A stretch of DNA of 64,000 bases from an uncultured Mollicutes bacterium (GTDB lineage Bacteria; Bacillota_I; Bacilli_A; RFN20; CAG-826), in NCBI GenBank assembly GCA_900540365.1, contig UQFN01000005.1, forward strand, positions 21,231 to 85,230, written 5' to 3'. The translations under genes were made by a program, and so were the position numbers. How positions within the stretch are numbered: the first letter of the stretch is position 1; every line of letters begins with the position of its first letter. Under the pieces are notes generated by a model. That model did no database searches. It worked only from the letters and a program-made list of their open reading frames with translations, and had not been told where the DNA came from. Below, piece by piece: positions 1 through 7,788 of this stretch.

Positions 1-387
1 TAGCCAAAAAAATGAAAATAGTGGACATATAATACCCATAATATTAAATTTTTGATTTGAATAATCCCATAGTTTAATTTTTAAACCTTTAATAAAAATC
101 AAACCAGCAATAAATTCAATTAAAACTAAACAAAAAGCAATAAAAACAATTTTTAATATGATTGTCCATGGACTAGTTTCATCAAGACCAATTAATGAAA
201 AATCCAAATTACTAAGTAAATATAAAATGACTACCCCAAATCCATATAAAGGAATATAAGGACCTACCATAAAACCTGGATTTACCCATTTATGAGCACT
301 AAAAAATCTTCGAAATAAAACTTCAATTACCCATCCGGCAAGTGAACCAATTACAAATAATGTAGCTATAATAATAAATGTTTCCAT
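1..387 (-). CDS. Polytopic membrane protein of the PF06541 type (so-called putative ABC-transporter type IV / CmpB-like); 3' end outside window
   Basis: Not in the ORF track because it runs off the window edge. ATG at 387-385. My hand translation METFIIIATLFVIGSLAGWVIEVLFRRFFSAHKWVNPGFMVGPYIPLYGFG...KLWDYSNQKFNIMGIICPLFSFFWL stays open to position 1. The GW.IE, NPGF.GP..P.YG and WDYS motifs are recalled from that family. Confidence 0.6.
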   Translation of the reverse strand, partial: METFIIIATLFVIGSLAGWVIEVLFRRFFSAHKWVNPGFMVGPYIPLYGFGVVILYLLSNLDFSLIGLDETSPWTIILKIVFIAFCLVLIEFIAGLIFIKGLKIKLWDYSNQKFNIMGIICPLFSFFWL

Positions 388-475
388 GTTAAATATTATA
401 GAATAATTAAATTCAATTTATAATAATATAGTTATATTCTTGTCTAATTAATGTTAAATAATTTATAAAAATTCT

Positions 476-505
476 AAAAAATACCTAAGTTTTAGATGTT
501 TTTTT
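476..505. repeat. Copy of dispersed ~28-nt intergenic motif (reverse orientation)
   Basis: aaaaaatacctaagttttagatgttttttt; overlaps the TAA of the 492..1274 gene. Confidence 0.45.
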
Positions 506-1274
506 CATTATTTAAAGACTTTTTTCTATTAATTAAATAAATAATCAGTGGACAAATTCCAATGTTAAAACGATTATTTTCTCTCTTTTTAAATATTAAA
601 TTATTTAAATAATTTGTACCAAATATAACTACGAAAAATAAAATATAAACTAGTGCTGCTAAAAACCATGAAAGAGTCATATTATTTGCTGAACTATTAA
701 AATAATTTAGAATCTCTCCATGGATTAAACGATAAATAAAGGTTGTTTTTACAAAACTTACTTTATCATAAATATAACCTTCTCCAGCTAAATATACATA
801 AATTAAAGTAATAGCAAAAAATATAAATGGTATATAAATATCTTTTAAATTATATTTTTCAACATTAAACAATAAATTGATTCCTAAAAATAATAAAGTA
901 AGGTGTGAAATAATCCCTAAAATAAATGTTGCTGGTGGTAGAGAATTAATTATTGAATTTGGAGAAACTACTCCCCCTATTAAATATCCAAGTCCTGCAA
1001 CAAAAGCAAAAATTCCACCAGTAAAATATAATTTTTTATAACCAACAACTATAATTCCACCAGTTAAAAAGTAAGCAATATGAGAAATTTCAACAGGTAC
1101 TGCACCATTGTTAAAAGCATAGCAGGTAAATTCAATTGCTTTCCATATGAAGATAACGCTTCCTAAAGAAAAAATTATTATCATTGTTGCTTTTTGATGC
1201 TTTTTTAAAATTATAGTTATAAAAATAAAACTTATTAAAGCAATAATTAGAAAACATGAATAAAGATATTCCAT
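492..1274 (-). CDS. Polytopic membrane protein (about 7 TM), family uncertain
   Basis: 260-aa ORF that is hydrophobic throughout. Loosely reminiscent of YwaF/TIGR02206-type proteins, but I cannot confirm this. Confidence 0.55.
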   Translation of the reverse strand: MEYLYSCFLIIALISFIFITIILKKHQKATMIIIFSLGSVIFIWKAIEFTCYAFNNGAVPVEISHIAYFLTGGIIVVGYKKLYFTGGIFAFVAGLGYLIGGVVSPNSIINSLPPATFILGIISHLTLLFLGINLLFNVEKYNLKDIYIPFIFFAITLIYVYLAGEGYIYDKVSFVKTTFIYRLIHGEILNYFNSSANNMTLSWFLAALVYILFFVVIFGTNYLNNLIFKKRENNRFNIGICPLIIYLINRKKSLNNEKNI

Positions 1275-1353
1275 CTATTTATTTTCGTAATTTATATATT
1301 TTTTTGTCAATCAATTATTTTTTTAGATTATCAACTAAAACCATTCTTTTTGT

Positions 1354-1383
1354 AAAATACCTTGTAAAACTAAACTATTTTTT
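1354..1383. repeat. Copy of dispersed ~28-nt intergenic motif (forward orientation)
   Basis: aaaataccttgtaaaactaaactatttttt. Confidence 0.5.
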
Positions 1384-1444
1384 ATTATTTTAACTTATTT
1401 TTAATTACTATCTTTTTAAAAAAATTTAAACTTAGAGCGGTTTG

Positions 1445-1473
1445 TTGACAAAAAAATGCATGAATGATAATTT
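1445..1473 (+). promoter_or_regulatory. Candidate sigma-A-type promoter of the 1527-15117 operon
   Basis: TTGACA (1445-1450), a 17-nt spacer ending TGa (1465-1467), then TAATTT (1468-1473), about 55 nt upstream of ATG 1527. Pattern match only. Confidence 0.35.
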
Positions 1474-1526
1474 TATTAGTAGGAGGAAAGGGTATATATA
1501 ATAAGGATATATCTCATTTAATAATT

Positions 1527-2156
1527 ATGAAATTATTTAAAACTTCAAAACTTATAATGGTCACTGCCATTGCTTTAGGCTTAGCATCAGTCGTCGGTAT
1601 TGGTGTTGGTGCCTATATTATTACAGGAGGAAATAAAACCGCTGAAGTACCTGTTACTGATGATGATATAGTAATAACTAATAATGTTGTTAATTTAACA
1701 GCTTCTTTAAAATCAGATGATAATAAACTTGTCTATGAACCTACAGAAGCAGTAACCGGTAAAAGATTAAATTCAGATGGTAATGGCGACTTAGATGTTA
1801 CACTTGTTTTAAGTGTTGAAGCAACTTCAACAAATATTATTCCAACATTTACCGTATCTGTTGTATCAAGTTATAGCGCTGAATCACCTGAATTAACTGC
1901 TTTAAACACTTATTTAGTTAAACCATCTGATGTTACAGTTAGTAACACGGAATTTACTGGATCTGCTCCATACACTAAAGAAGTAAAATTAACTTGGGCT
2001 TGGGGTAGTGCTTTTAATACTACCGATCCTTGTACTTACTATAACAAAAAATCTGAAGAAGAAGTTTCAACTGCTACTTTAGTTAGCGAAATGGAAAGCT
2101 TTAGAGATAATGTTAATGGTAACACTTGGAAAATAGAAATTAATCCTGTAGAATAA
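1527..2156 (+). CDS. Cassette-1 protein A1: secreted/anchored protein with TasA/camelysin-style (SipW-dependent-type) signal peptide
   Basis: The track ORF starts at 1464, inside the putative promoter. ATG 1527 gives MKLFKTSKLIMVTAIALGLASVVGIGVGAYIITGG. This is a basic n-region plus an h-region ending G-x-G-A-Y, comparable to GGGTFAYFSD (camelysin) and GGGTWAAF (TasA). The gene lies directly 5' of a SipW-type peptidase. Confidence 0.65.
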   Translation: MKLFKTSKLIMVTAIALGLASVVGIGVGAYIITGGNKTAEVPVTDDDIVITNNVVNLTASLKSDDNKLVYEPTEAVTGKRLNSDGNGDLDVTLVLSVEATSTNIIPTFTVSVVSSYSAESPELTALNTYLVKPSDVTVSNTEFTGSAPYTKEVKLTWAWGSAFNTTDPCTYYNKKSEEEVSTATLVSEMESFRDNVNGNTWKIEINPVE

Positions 2157-2173
2157 ATAAATTTATTTTAACA

Positions 2174-3097
2174 ATGATTTTTTATATCATCTTAGGAATT
2201 GTTATAATCATTGATTTAATTATTGTTATTTTATTAATTACTACTTCTATTAAATTAATAAAAGAAATTAATTTAGGAAGTTATGATGCGCGTTTGGTTT
2301 TTGAACGACACGAAAAAGAAGTTAAATCAAAAAATAAAAAACACATTTTTCTAAGAAAATTTATTAATATAACTTCAAATTTATTAATTCTAATTATTGG
2401 AATAATGTTTTTAATTGGCGTTGTAGATAGTTTTGTTAACGTTTCAAATATCAAGACTTTCGCTGTTCCAACTGGTTCAATGTCGTATAAAAATGAAGAA
2501 AATACTTATTTAGTAGAAAACAATTTAAATAACCAAATACAAATAAATGATTTAGTATTTGTTAAAAAAATTAATTCCTTAGATGATTTAAAACTTTATG
2601 ACATTATTTGTTATAAAGATGATACTCGTAAGATTAACATTATCCATAGAGTAATCGAAATTAATGAAGATTATGTAAAAACTAAAGGCGATGCAAATAG
2701 TGAAATTGATTTAAAAAATATTTATTTTGATGACATTATTGGAAAATATATTGATGTTCGTGTTCCTTATATAGGTGGGTTTGTCTTATTTACATCTTCT
2801 AATTATGGCTTATTAACTTTTGCATCAGTTCTTCTTGCTTTATTAACTTATGCAATTAGTCGAAATAAAGTAGATGGTGTTGAAGAAAAAAGATTACAAT
2901 ACATTGATACTTATTTAGTTAATACAATAAACGAGTATGCAATTACTTCTAAATATGGTTATCTAGAAGTTAATAACAATAACTTTATATATAAAGAAAA
3001 AGAAGAAGAAAATACAGATATTTTTTCTTCTTCAATATTAAAAATTAACGATAAAGTTATTGCCCTTAGTAAAGGAGAAAAGAAAGATGAAAAATAA
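2174..3097 (+). CDS. sipW: Signal peptidase I, SipW / ER-archaeal type, enlarged (307 aa)
   Basis: Catalytic boxes appear in SipW order: VPTGSMS (Ser), IIHRVIE (His), TKGDAN (Asp). There are N-terminal TM helices, a C-terminal TM (GLLTFASVLLALLTYAI) and a tail of about 80 aa. Confidence 0.8.
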   Translation: MIFYIILGIVIIIDLIIVILLITTSIKLIKEINLGSYDARLVFERHEKEVKSKNKKHIFLRKFINITSNLLILIIGIMFLIGVVDSFVNVSNIKTFAVPTGSMSYKNEENTYLVENNLNNQIQINDLVFVKKINSLDDLKLYDIICYKDDTRKINIIHRVIEINEDYVKTKGDANSEIDLKNIYFDDIIGKYIDVRVPYIGGFVLFTSSNYGLLTFASVLLALLTYAISRNKVDGVEEKRLQYIDTYLVNTINEYAITSKYGYLEVNNNNFIYKEKEEENTDIFSSSILKINDKVIALSKGEKKDEK

Positions 3098-4865
3098 ACT
3101 TAGTAAAAAAGAATGGTTATTTTTATCCTTATCGTTTTTTATTGCTTTAATGGTATTTTTAAGCGGACTAGGAATGGATGCTGGACATACTGTTTTTGCA
3201 AAAGGTAATATTTTTGAAGGTTTTGCTGAATTATTTCAAATTCCTAAAATAACTGCTAACGCTGGAATTTGGATTATGCTCTTATTATTTAGTATTGCCA
3301 TAATTACAACAAGTGTTGCTATATTGTATGTAAGAAGATATTTAATAAAACATGATAAAGATCCTAATTCACTTGTTTCATGGCTATATTATATTGGTTT
3401 ATTTATAGCTTCATTTGCTTTAATGTTAGCAATTGGAACTCTTTTTCAAATTCCTAATGGACGTATTGAAACATATGGATTAACTTTAACTTATGTTTTT
3501 GGTGCATTAGTTATTGGAGTTTTACTTTTTGCAATTATTGCTATATTCTTTTGGGCTTTAATTGGGACTTTACTTTATATTTACCAACCAACCGTTCATC
3601 CTTCTAAACCATTAGTTGATGTATCTAAAGATTATGATGAAAAAGAAGACAAAGTAACTAATGATGAGCCATTAAAAAATACTTTATTAGGTAATAATAA
3701 CCAAACAATTAATACAAACTTGACTCCTGTAAGCACTGGTTCTTCTTTATTTAATAATGGAGTAATTGCTTCTAAAGAAAAAGTTTTTACTAATTTAGTA
3801 GCAATTGACGAAGAAGGTCCAATGAAATTTTTTGATGAAAATAAAGAAAAAATTACCTTAAAAGATTTAGTTGTTAATTTACAAATTTATTTAGCAAATG
3901 TTCATAACTTGTATTACAACAAAAATGAACTTGCTCAATTTATTGCAGGAATGAACGCATCTAAATTAATTATTTTAGAAGGTATCTCTGGAACTGGTAA
4001 ATCTTCTTTACCAAGATATTTTGCTAAATTTATTGGAGAAGATGCTTTCTTTGAACCAATTCAAGTTACTTATAAAGAAAAATCTGATTTACTTGGTTAT
4101 TATAATGAATTAACTGGTAGATATGTCGAAACTAATTTCTTAAAAGAACTTTATCGTGCAAGTATGAATACTGAACGTTTAAATTTAATGGTTCTTGATG
4201 AAATGAATATTTCTCGTATTGAATATTATTTTGCTGACTTTTTATCAGTTATGGAATTCCCTGAAAATGAACGTCAAATTCCAATTATGTCATTACCAAG
4301 CGATTATGATGCTCCAATAAATTTAAAAGATGGGATTTTAAACATAACTCCTAACACTTATTTTATAGGAACCGCTAATAAAGATGATTCTACTTTTACT
4401 ATTACTGATAAAGTTATTGATAGAGCGATTGTCATTGATTTTGAAGATACACAAGTTGAAGCTAAATATGATAAAAATATAACTCCTATTAGTTTATCTT
4501 ATGATGAATTACATAATTTATTTAACGATGCTTTAAAAACTCATCCTTTCAAAACTAAAGATCGTGAAGTGTTTTTAAGTTTATTAAAATTTATTAGTGA
4601 AGAATTGGGTATTGTTTCTGGTAACCGTTTAATTAAACAAATAGATTTAATGGTTCCAGTTTATAATTCAATGGAAATTGATTATACAATTTGCCTTGAT
4701 TATTTCTTAGCTAATAAAGTTTTAAGAAAACTTGATGTTGTTTATGATTCATCTTTAAAAAATCAATTAACTAAATTATTAAAGAAACTTGATGAATTAT
4801 ATTTAAAAGATCAATTTTTATATTCAAAACGTCTAATTACTCGTTTTATTAGGAGAATTAGTTAA
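3087..4865 (+). CDS. Membrane-anchored AAA+ NTPase of the McrB / AAA_5 (dynein-related) type
   Basis: RBS AAAGGAG lies 9 nt before ATG 3087, and the start overlaps the sipW stop by 11 nt. The protein has 4-5 N-terminal TM helices (aa ~15-185) and an Asn/Thr-rich linker. Motifs: Walker A GISGTGKSS, Walker B LMVLDEMN, and FIGTANKDDSTFTITDKVIDRA, which resembles the McrB MNxxDRS region. Confidence 0.7.
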   Translation: MKNKLSKKEWLFLSLSFFIALMVFLSGLGMDAGHTVFAKGNIFEGFAELFQIPKITANAGIWIMLLLFSIAIITTSVAILYVRRYLIKHDKDPNSLVSWLYYIGLFIASFALMLAIGTLFQIPNGRIETYGLTLTYVFGALVIGVLLFAIIAIFFWALIGTLLYIYQPTVHPSKPLVDVSKDYDEKEDKVTNDEPLKNTLLGNNNQTINTNLTPVSTGSSLFNNGVIASKEKVFTNLVAIDEEGPMKFFDENKEKITLKDLVVNLQIYLANVHNLYYNKNELAQFIAGMNASKLIILEGISGTGKSSLPRYFAKFIGEDAFFEPIQVTYKEKSDLLGYYNELTGRYVETNFLKELYRASMNTERLNLMVLDEMNISRIEYYFADFLSVMEFPENERQIPIMSLPSDYDAPINLKDGILNITPNTYFIGTANKDDSTFTITDKVIDRAIVIDFEDTQVEAKYDKNITPISLSYDELHNLFNDALKTHPFKTKDREVFLSLLKFISEELGIVSGNRLIKQIDLMVPVYNSMEIDYTICLDYFLANKVLRKLDVVYDSSLKNQLTKLLKKLDELYLKDQFLYSKRLITRFIRRIS

Positions 4866-5968
4866 TGAAAGAACGTACAATTTATCAAAATAATTTCCAA
4901 CTTCAAACAATTTATGAAATTAAATCTCTTTTAAGCCACGTCTATCATATCCTAAACTCTTATAAAGTAGATTTAAAACATTTTGATAATATTGTACGTA
5001 TTGAAGATTTTAAAAAATATGATCATAAATTAGTTAAAGAAAGTTTAAAAGATTCACGTTTATTTGGTAACCAAAATAATAATATTTATTTAAAACGTGT
5101 ACATTCTTATACTTATGAAACTGATTATGATATATACGAAAATCGATTTATTGTTTTCTTAGTAAAATATTTAAAAGAGACTCTTCTTGAATATTGCTAT
5201 CGTAAACAAAGCATTAAACTTCCATTTTTAAATACTGGGATTAGTTATGGAGAATTTGGAACTTATTCCTTACTTAAAAAATATTCTTTAGATACTTTAA
5301 ATAATAATTTTAATGATTCTATCGATGAATTTTCAAATTTAATCGGCGTTATAAATAATTTACTTAAAAAAGATTTCTTTAATAAAATTAAGCCTTTAAA
5401 TTCAAATGAAATATATCCAACTAATCTTTTATTACAAGATCAAAATTATTCTTTTTGTTATTTTTTCTATCTTGATATGATGAGAAATAATTTAGAAATA
5501 AATAACAAATTTAAATTAAGTTTAAAAAATAAACTTAAGGAACTTCAACAAAATTCATTTTTAACAACTAGTGATGGTTTTAAATTTAAAAAAGATGATT
5601 TTCTTTTTATTTTTAAAGAAAGTGAATATGGTTATAAGTTAATAATTCAAAATGAATTAATTTCATCTTTACATGAATATGACTTAAAGTTTGATGTTAA
5701 CTTATTTTTAGTAAAGTTAGTTATTATTAATGATCAAAAAAAATATAATTTCATGATTAATAATCTTGAAAAAGTCATTGAAATTATATATTCCTTAACT
5801 TCAATATTTAAAAAATCTCCTCTTATTTGTCCAATTTGTGGAGAAGAATTATTAACTGATAATAATTATTGTCATATTTGTCATGCTAAATGGGATAATT
5901 TAACAAACTCAGATGTTGTTTGGGTTTTTAACCCTTATGAAATATCTAAGGAGGTAGTATATGAATAA
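4865..5968 (+). CDS. Partner of the AAA+ gene: possible McrC-N/DUF2357-like region plus C-terminal zinc ribbon; no nuclease motif recognised
   Basis: The ATG overlaps the preceding TAA (TAATG). YDIYENRFIVFLVKYLKETL resembles the ENR helix I recall from DUF2357/McrC N-domains (memory only). CPICGEELLTDNNYCHICHAKW is a CxxC-x10-CxxC zinc ribbon. I find no clear PD-(D/E)xK triad. Confidence 0.5.
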   Translation: MKERTIYQNNFQLQTIYEIKSLLSHVYHILNSYKVDLKHFDNIVRIEDFKKYDHKLVKESLKDSRLFGNQNNNIYLKRVHSYTYETDYDIYENRFIVFLVKYLKETLLEYCYRKQSIKLPFLNTGISYGEFGTYSLLKKYSLDTLNNNFNDSIDEFSNLIGVINNLLKKDFFNKIKPLNSNEIYPTNLLLQDQNYSFCYFFYLDMMRNNLEINNKFKLSLKNKLKELQQNSFLTTSDGFKFKKDDFLFIFKESEYGYKLIIQNELISSLHEYDLKFDVNLFLVKLVIINDQKKYNFMINNLEKVIEIIYSLTSIFKKSPLICPICGEELLTDNNYCHICHAKWDNLTNSDVVWVFNPYEISKEVVYE

Positions 5969-7076
5969 ATTTAAACGTTTTTTAAAAGTTTTATTTTTAA
6001 GCGCTAGTATAAGTTTATTACCTAGTTGTGGGATTTTTGGTAATCAATATGGGGGAGTAATGATTTCAGGAATCACTGCTACAACTAATGCTAATGGTGA
6101 GACTGAATTAACAATTACTTTTACTGATGAAGATATTGAACCTGTTACTTTTGTTATTCCTCAAGGAGAACAAGGTGAAACTGGGGCTCAAGGTGCTCCA
6201 GGAGTAGGAATTTCCACAATTAATGTTTTTCCTTCGGAAGATGGTACATATTCGACAATAGTTATTACATATACTGATTCTTCTATTCCTTCAACTTCTT
6301 TTATTGTTGAAAATGGTGTTAGTGTTATAAATATTACTTCATCAATTAATATAGAAAATAACTCTACAATAATTGAATTTCACTTATCTAATGGTGAAAC
6401 TAAACAATTTGAAATTAAAAATGGTAAAGATGGAGTTGGTATTGAAAGTGTTATTGAAGAAAGAAAAGAAAATGGAGATGTTGTAATTACAATTACTTAT
6501 ACTGATGGTAGAGAACCTAGTGTTATTACTTTACCTTATAAAAATGGTGAAGATGGTCGAGGAATTCAATCAATAATCGGAACACAAAACGGAAACAACT
6601 ATGTGATTACAATTATCTTTACTGATGGAACTTCAACTGAATTAACTCCTATTGAATTACCAGAAACTACTAAATGGTTATATGGTCAAGGTGCTCCTAA
6701 CTTTAGAGTTGAAGAAGAAGCTAATCCCGGTGATTATTATTTTGATTTAGAAAATTACATTATTTACTTATATGATGGGGCAAATTTTAATCCAATTATT
6801 AATTTAACAGATATTCCTTCTTCTACTAAAAAGTATACTGTTAGTTTTGATGCTAATGGAGGAAGTTTTACTTCTTCTATTCCAACAACAATTACTGTTG
6901 ATGCAGGAAAACCAATTGATGCAAGTAGAATTCCAACTTGTTATAAAGAAAATTGTAAATTTATTGGATATTATACAACTCCTGAAGGTCCACTTAATCC
7001 TTTAAGTGGAAAACTTACCGATTTAGTTCCTATTTATAGTGACTATACGTTTTATGCTTCTTATGAGGAAATTTAA
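5961..7076 (+). CDS. Lipoprotein with collagen-like G-x-y triplets, five ~38-aa internal repeats, a tail-fibre-like segment and one Listeria-Bacteroides (Flg_new) repeat
   Basis: RBS AAGGAGG. Lipobox SLLPSCG. Collagen-like run GEQGETGAQGAPGVG. Repeat units end in NGKDGVG and NGEDGRG (ITFTDE.., VITYTDS.., ITITYTDG.., ITIIFTDG..). NPGDYYFDLENYIIYLYDG resembles phage fibre tips. C-terminal YTVSFDANGG...FIGYYT...YTFYASY is the Flg_new repeat. Confidence 0.7.
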   Translation: MNKFKRFLKVLFLSASISLLPSCGIFGNQYGGVMISGITATTNANGETELTITFTDEDIEPVTFVIPQGEQGETGAQGAPGVGISTINVFPSEDGTYSTIVITYTDSSIPSTSFIVENGVSVINITSSINIENNSTIIEFHLSNGETKQFEIKNGKDGVGIESVIEERKENGDVVITITYTDGREPSVITLPYKNGEDGRGIQSIIGTQNGNNYVITIIFTDGTSTELTPIELPETTKWLYGQGAPNFRVEEEANPGDYYFDLENYIIYLYDGANFNPIINLTDIPSSTKKYTVSFDANGGSFTSSIPTTITVDAGKPIDASRIPTCYKENCKFIGYYTTPEGPLNPLSGKLTDLVPIYSDYTFYASYEEI

Positions 7077-7087
7077 AATATTTTAAT

Positions 7088-7786
7088 ATGAAATTAATCA
7101 AAAGCAAAAAAATAGTATTTTCTATATTAAGTTTAATTGGAATTAGTTTAACTATTTCTACTGCTTTTGGTATTTATACAATCGTTGGAACAAGTAATAA
7201 ATCTATACTTGTTAATGATGAAGATATTATTATCAATAACTATAGTGATTTGTTAGTCTTACAAACATTAGGTAGTAACGATAAAATGTATACAGCTTAT
7301 GACTTAATTGTTAGCGATGAAATAGTTTTACCTTTTTTAATTAAAACTGATACTAAATATGATGATGTTTTATCTTCAGGCGGAATGAGAATTGAATTTA
7401 ATGTTCCAAATGAAAGTTTATTTAACTATACTCAACATAAATTAATTAATGAAAAAAATTTCTTTATATCAATTATTGGTAAACAAGTTTATGAAATGAA
7501 TCCTTCAACTAATTATACCTATTTAAAAAATAATGTTGCTTATAGTATTTTTGAAGTCGATTATACAAATAATAAATTTAATATTCATCTTCCTTTTACA
7601 AGAGATCATAGTGAAATTAGTAATTTTAATATTTGGGATTTAAAAGGAAATATTATAAATAACGAAGCTAGTTTTAGTTTAAAATTTGATTTTGATATCA
7701 TTGATGAATCTTTAGGATATTCAACTTTATTTAGTCCTAGTGATTTTAATAATTTTAAAATTGATATTTTTATTGAGGTATATTGA
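7088..7786 (+). CDS. Cassette-1 protein B1 with TasA-style signal peptide
   Basis: N-terminus is MKLIKSKKIVFSILSLIGISLTISTAFGIYTIVG. 232 aa. The TGA stop is overlapped by the next gene. Confidence 0.6.
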   Translation: MKLIKSKKIVFSILSLIGISLTISTAFGIYTIVGTSNKSILVNDEDIIINNYSDLLVLQTLGSNDKMYTAYDLIVSDEIVLPFLIKTDTKYDDVLSSGGMRIEFNVPNESLFNYTQHKLINEKNFFISIIGKQVYEMNPSTNYTYLKNNVAYSIFEVDYTNNKFNIHLPFTRDHSEISNFNIWDLKGNIINNEASFSLKFDFDIIDESLGYSTLFSPSDFNNFKIDIFIEVY

Positions 7787-7788
7787 TT

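Noticed and set aside
1464-1526. Upstream extension of protein A1. The same applies to the TTG/ATG-extended track starts at 3060, 7783, 21484, 35522 and 37970.
   Set aside because: The extensions run through promoter-like or RBS sequences. Internal ATGs preceded by GGAGG-type sites give canonical signal peptides or N-termini.
3087-5968. Calling the AAA+/partner pair a classical McrBC type IV restriction system
   Set aside because: I could not find a DNA-binding N-terminal domain (it is replaced by TM helices) or a PD-(D/E)xK nuclease motif in the partner. It is reported only as McrBC-like architecture with unknown function.
5961-7076. The collagen/tail-fibre-like gene as evidence for a prophage
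   Set aside because: There are no capsid, portal, terminase, tape-measure, integrase or lysis genes anywhere in the window. The gene has a lipobox and is translationally coupled to non-phage genes.
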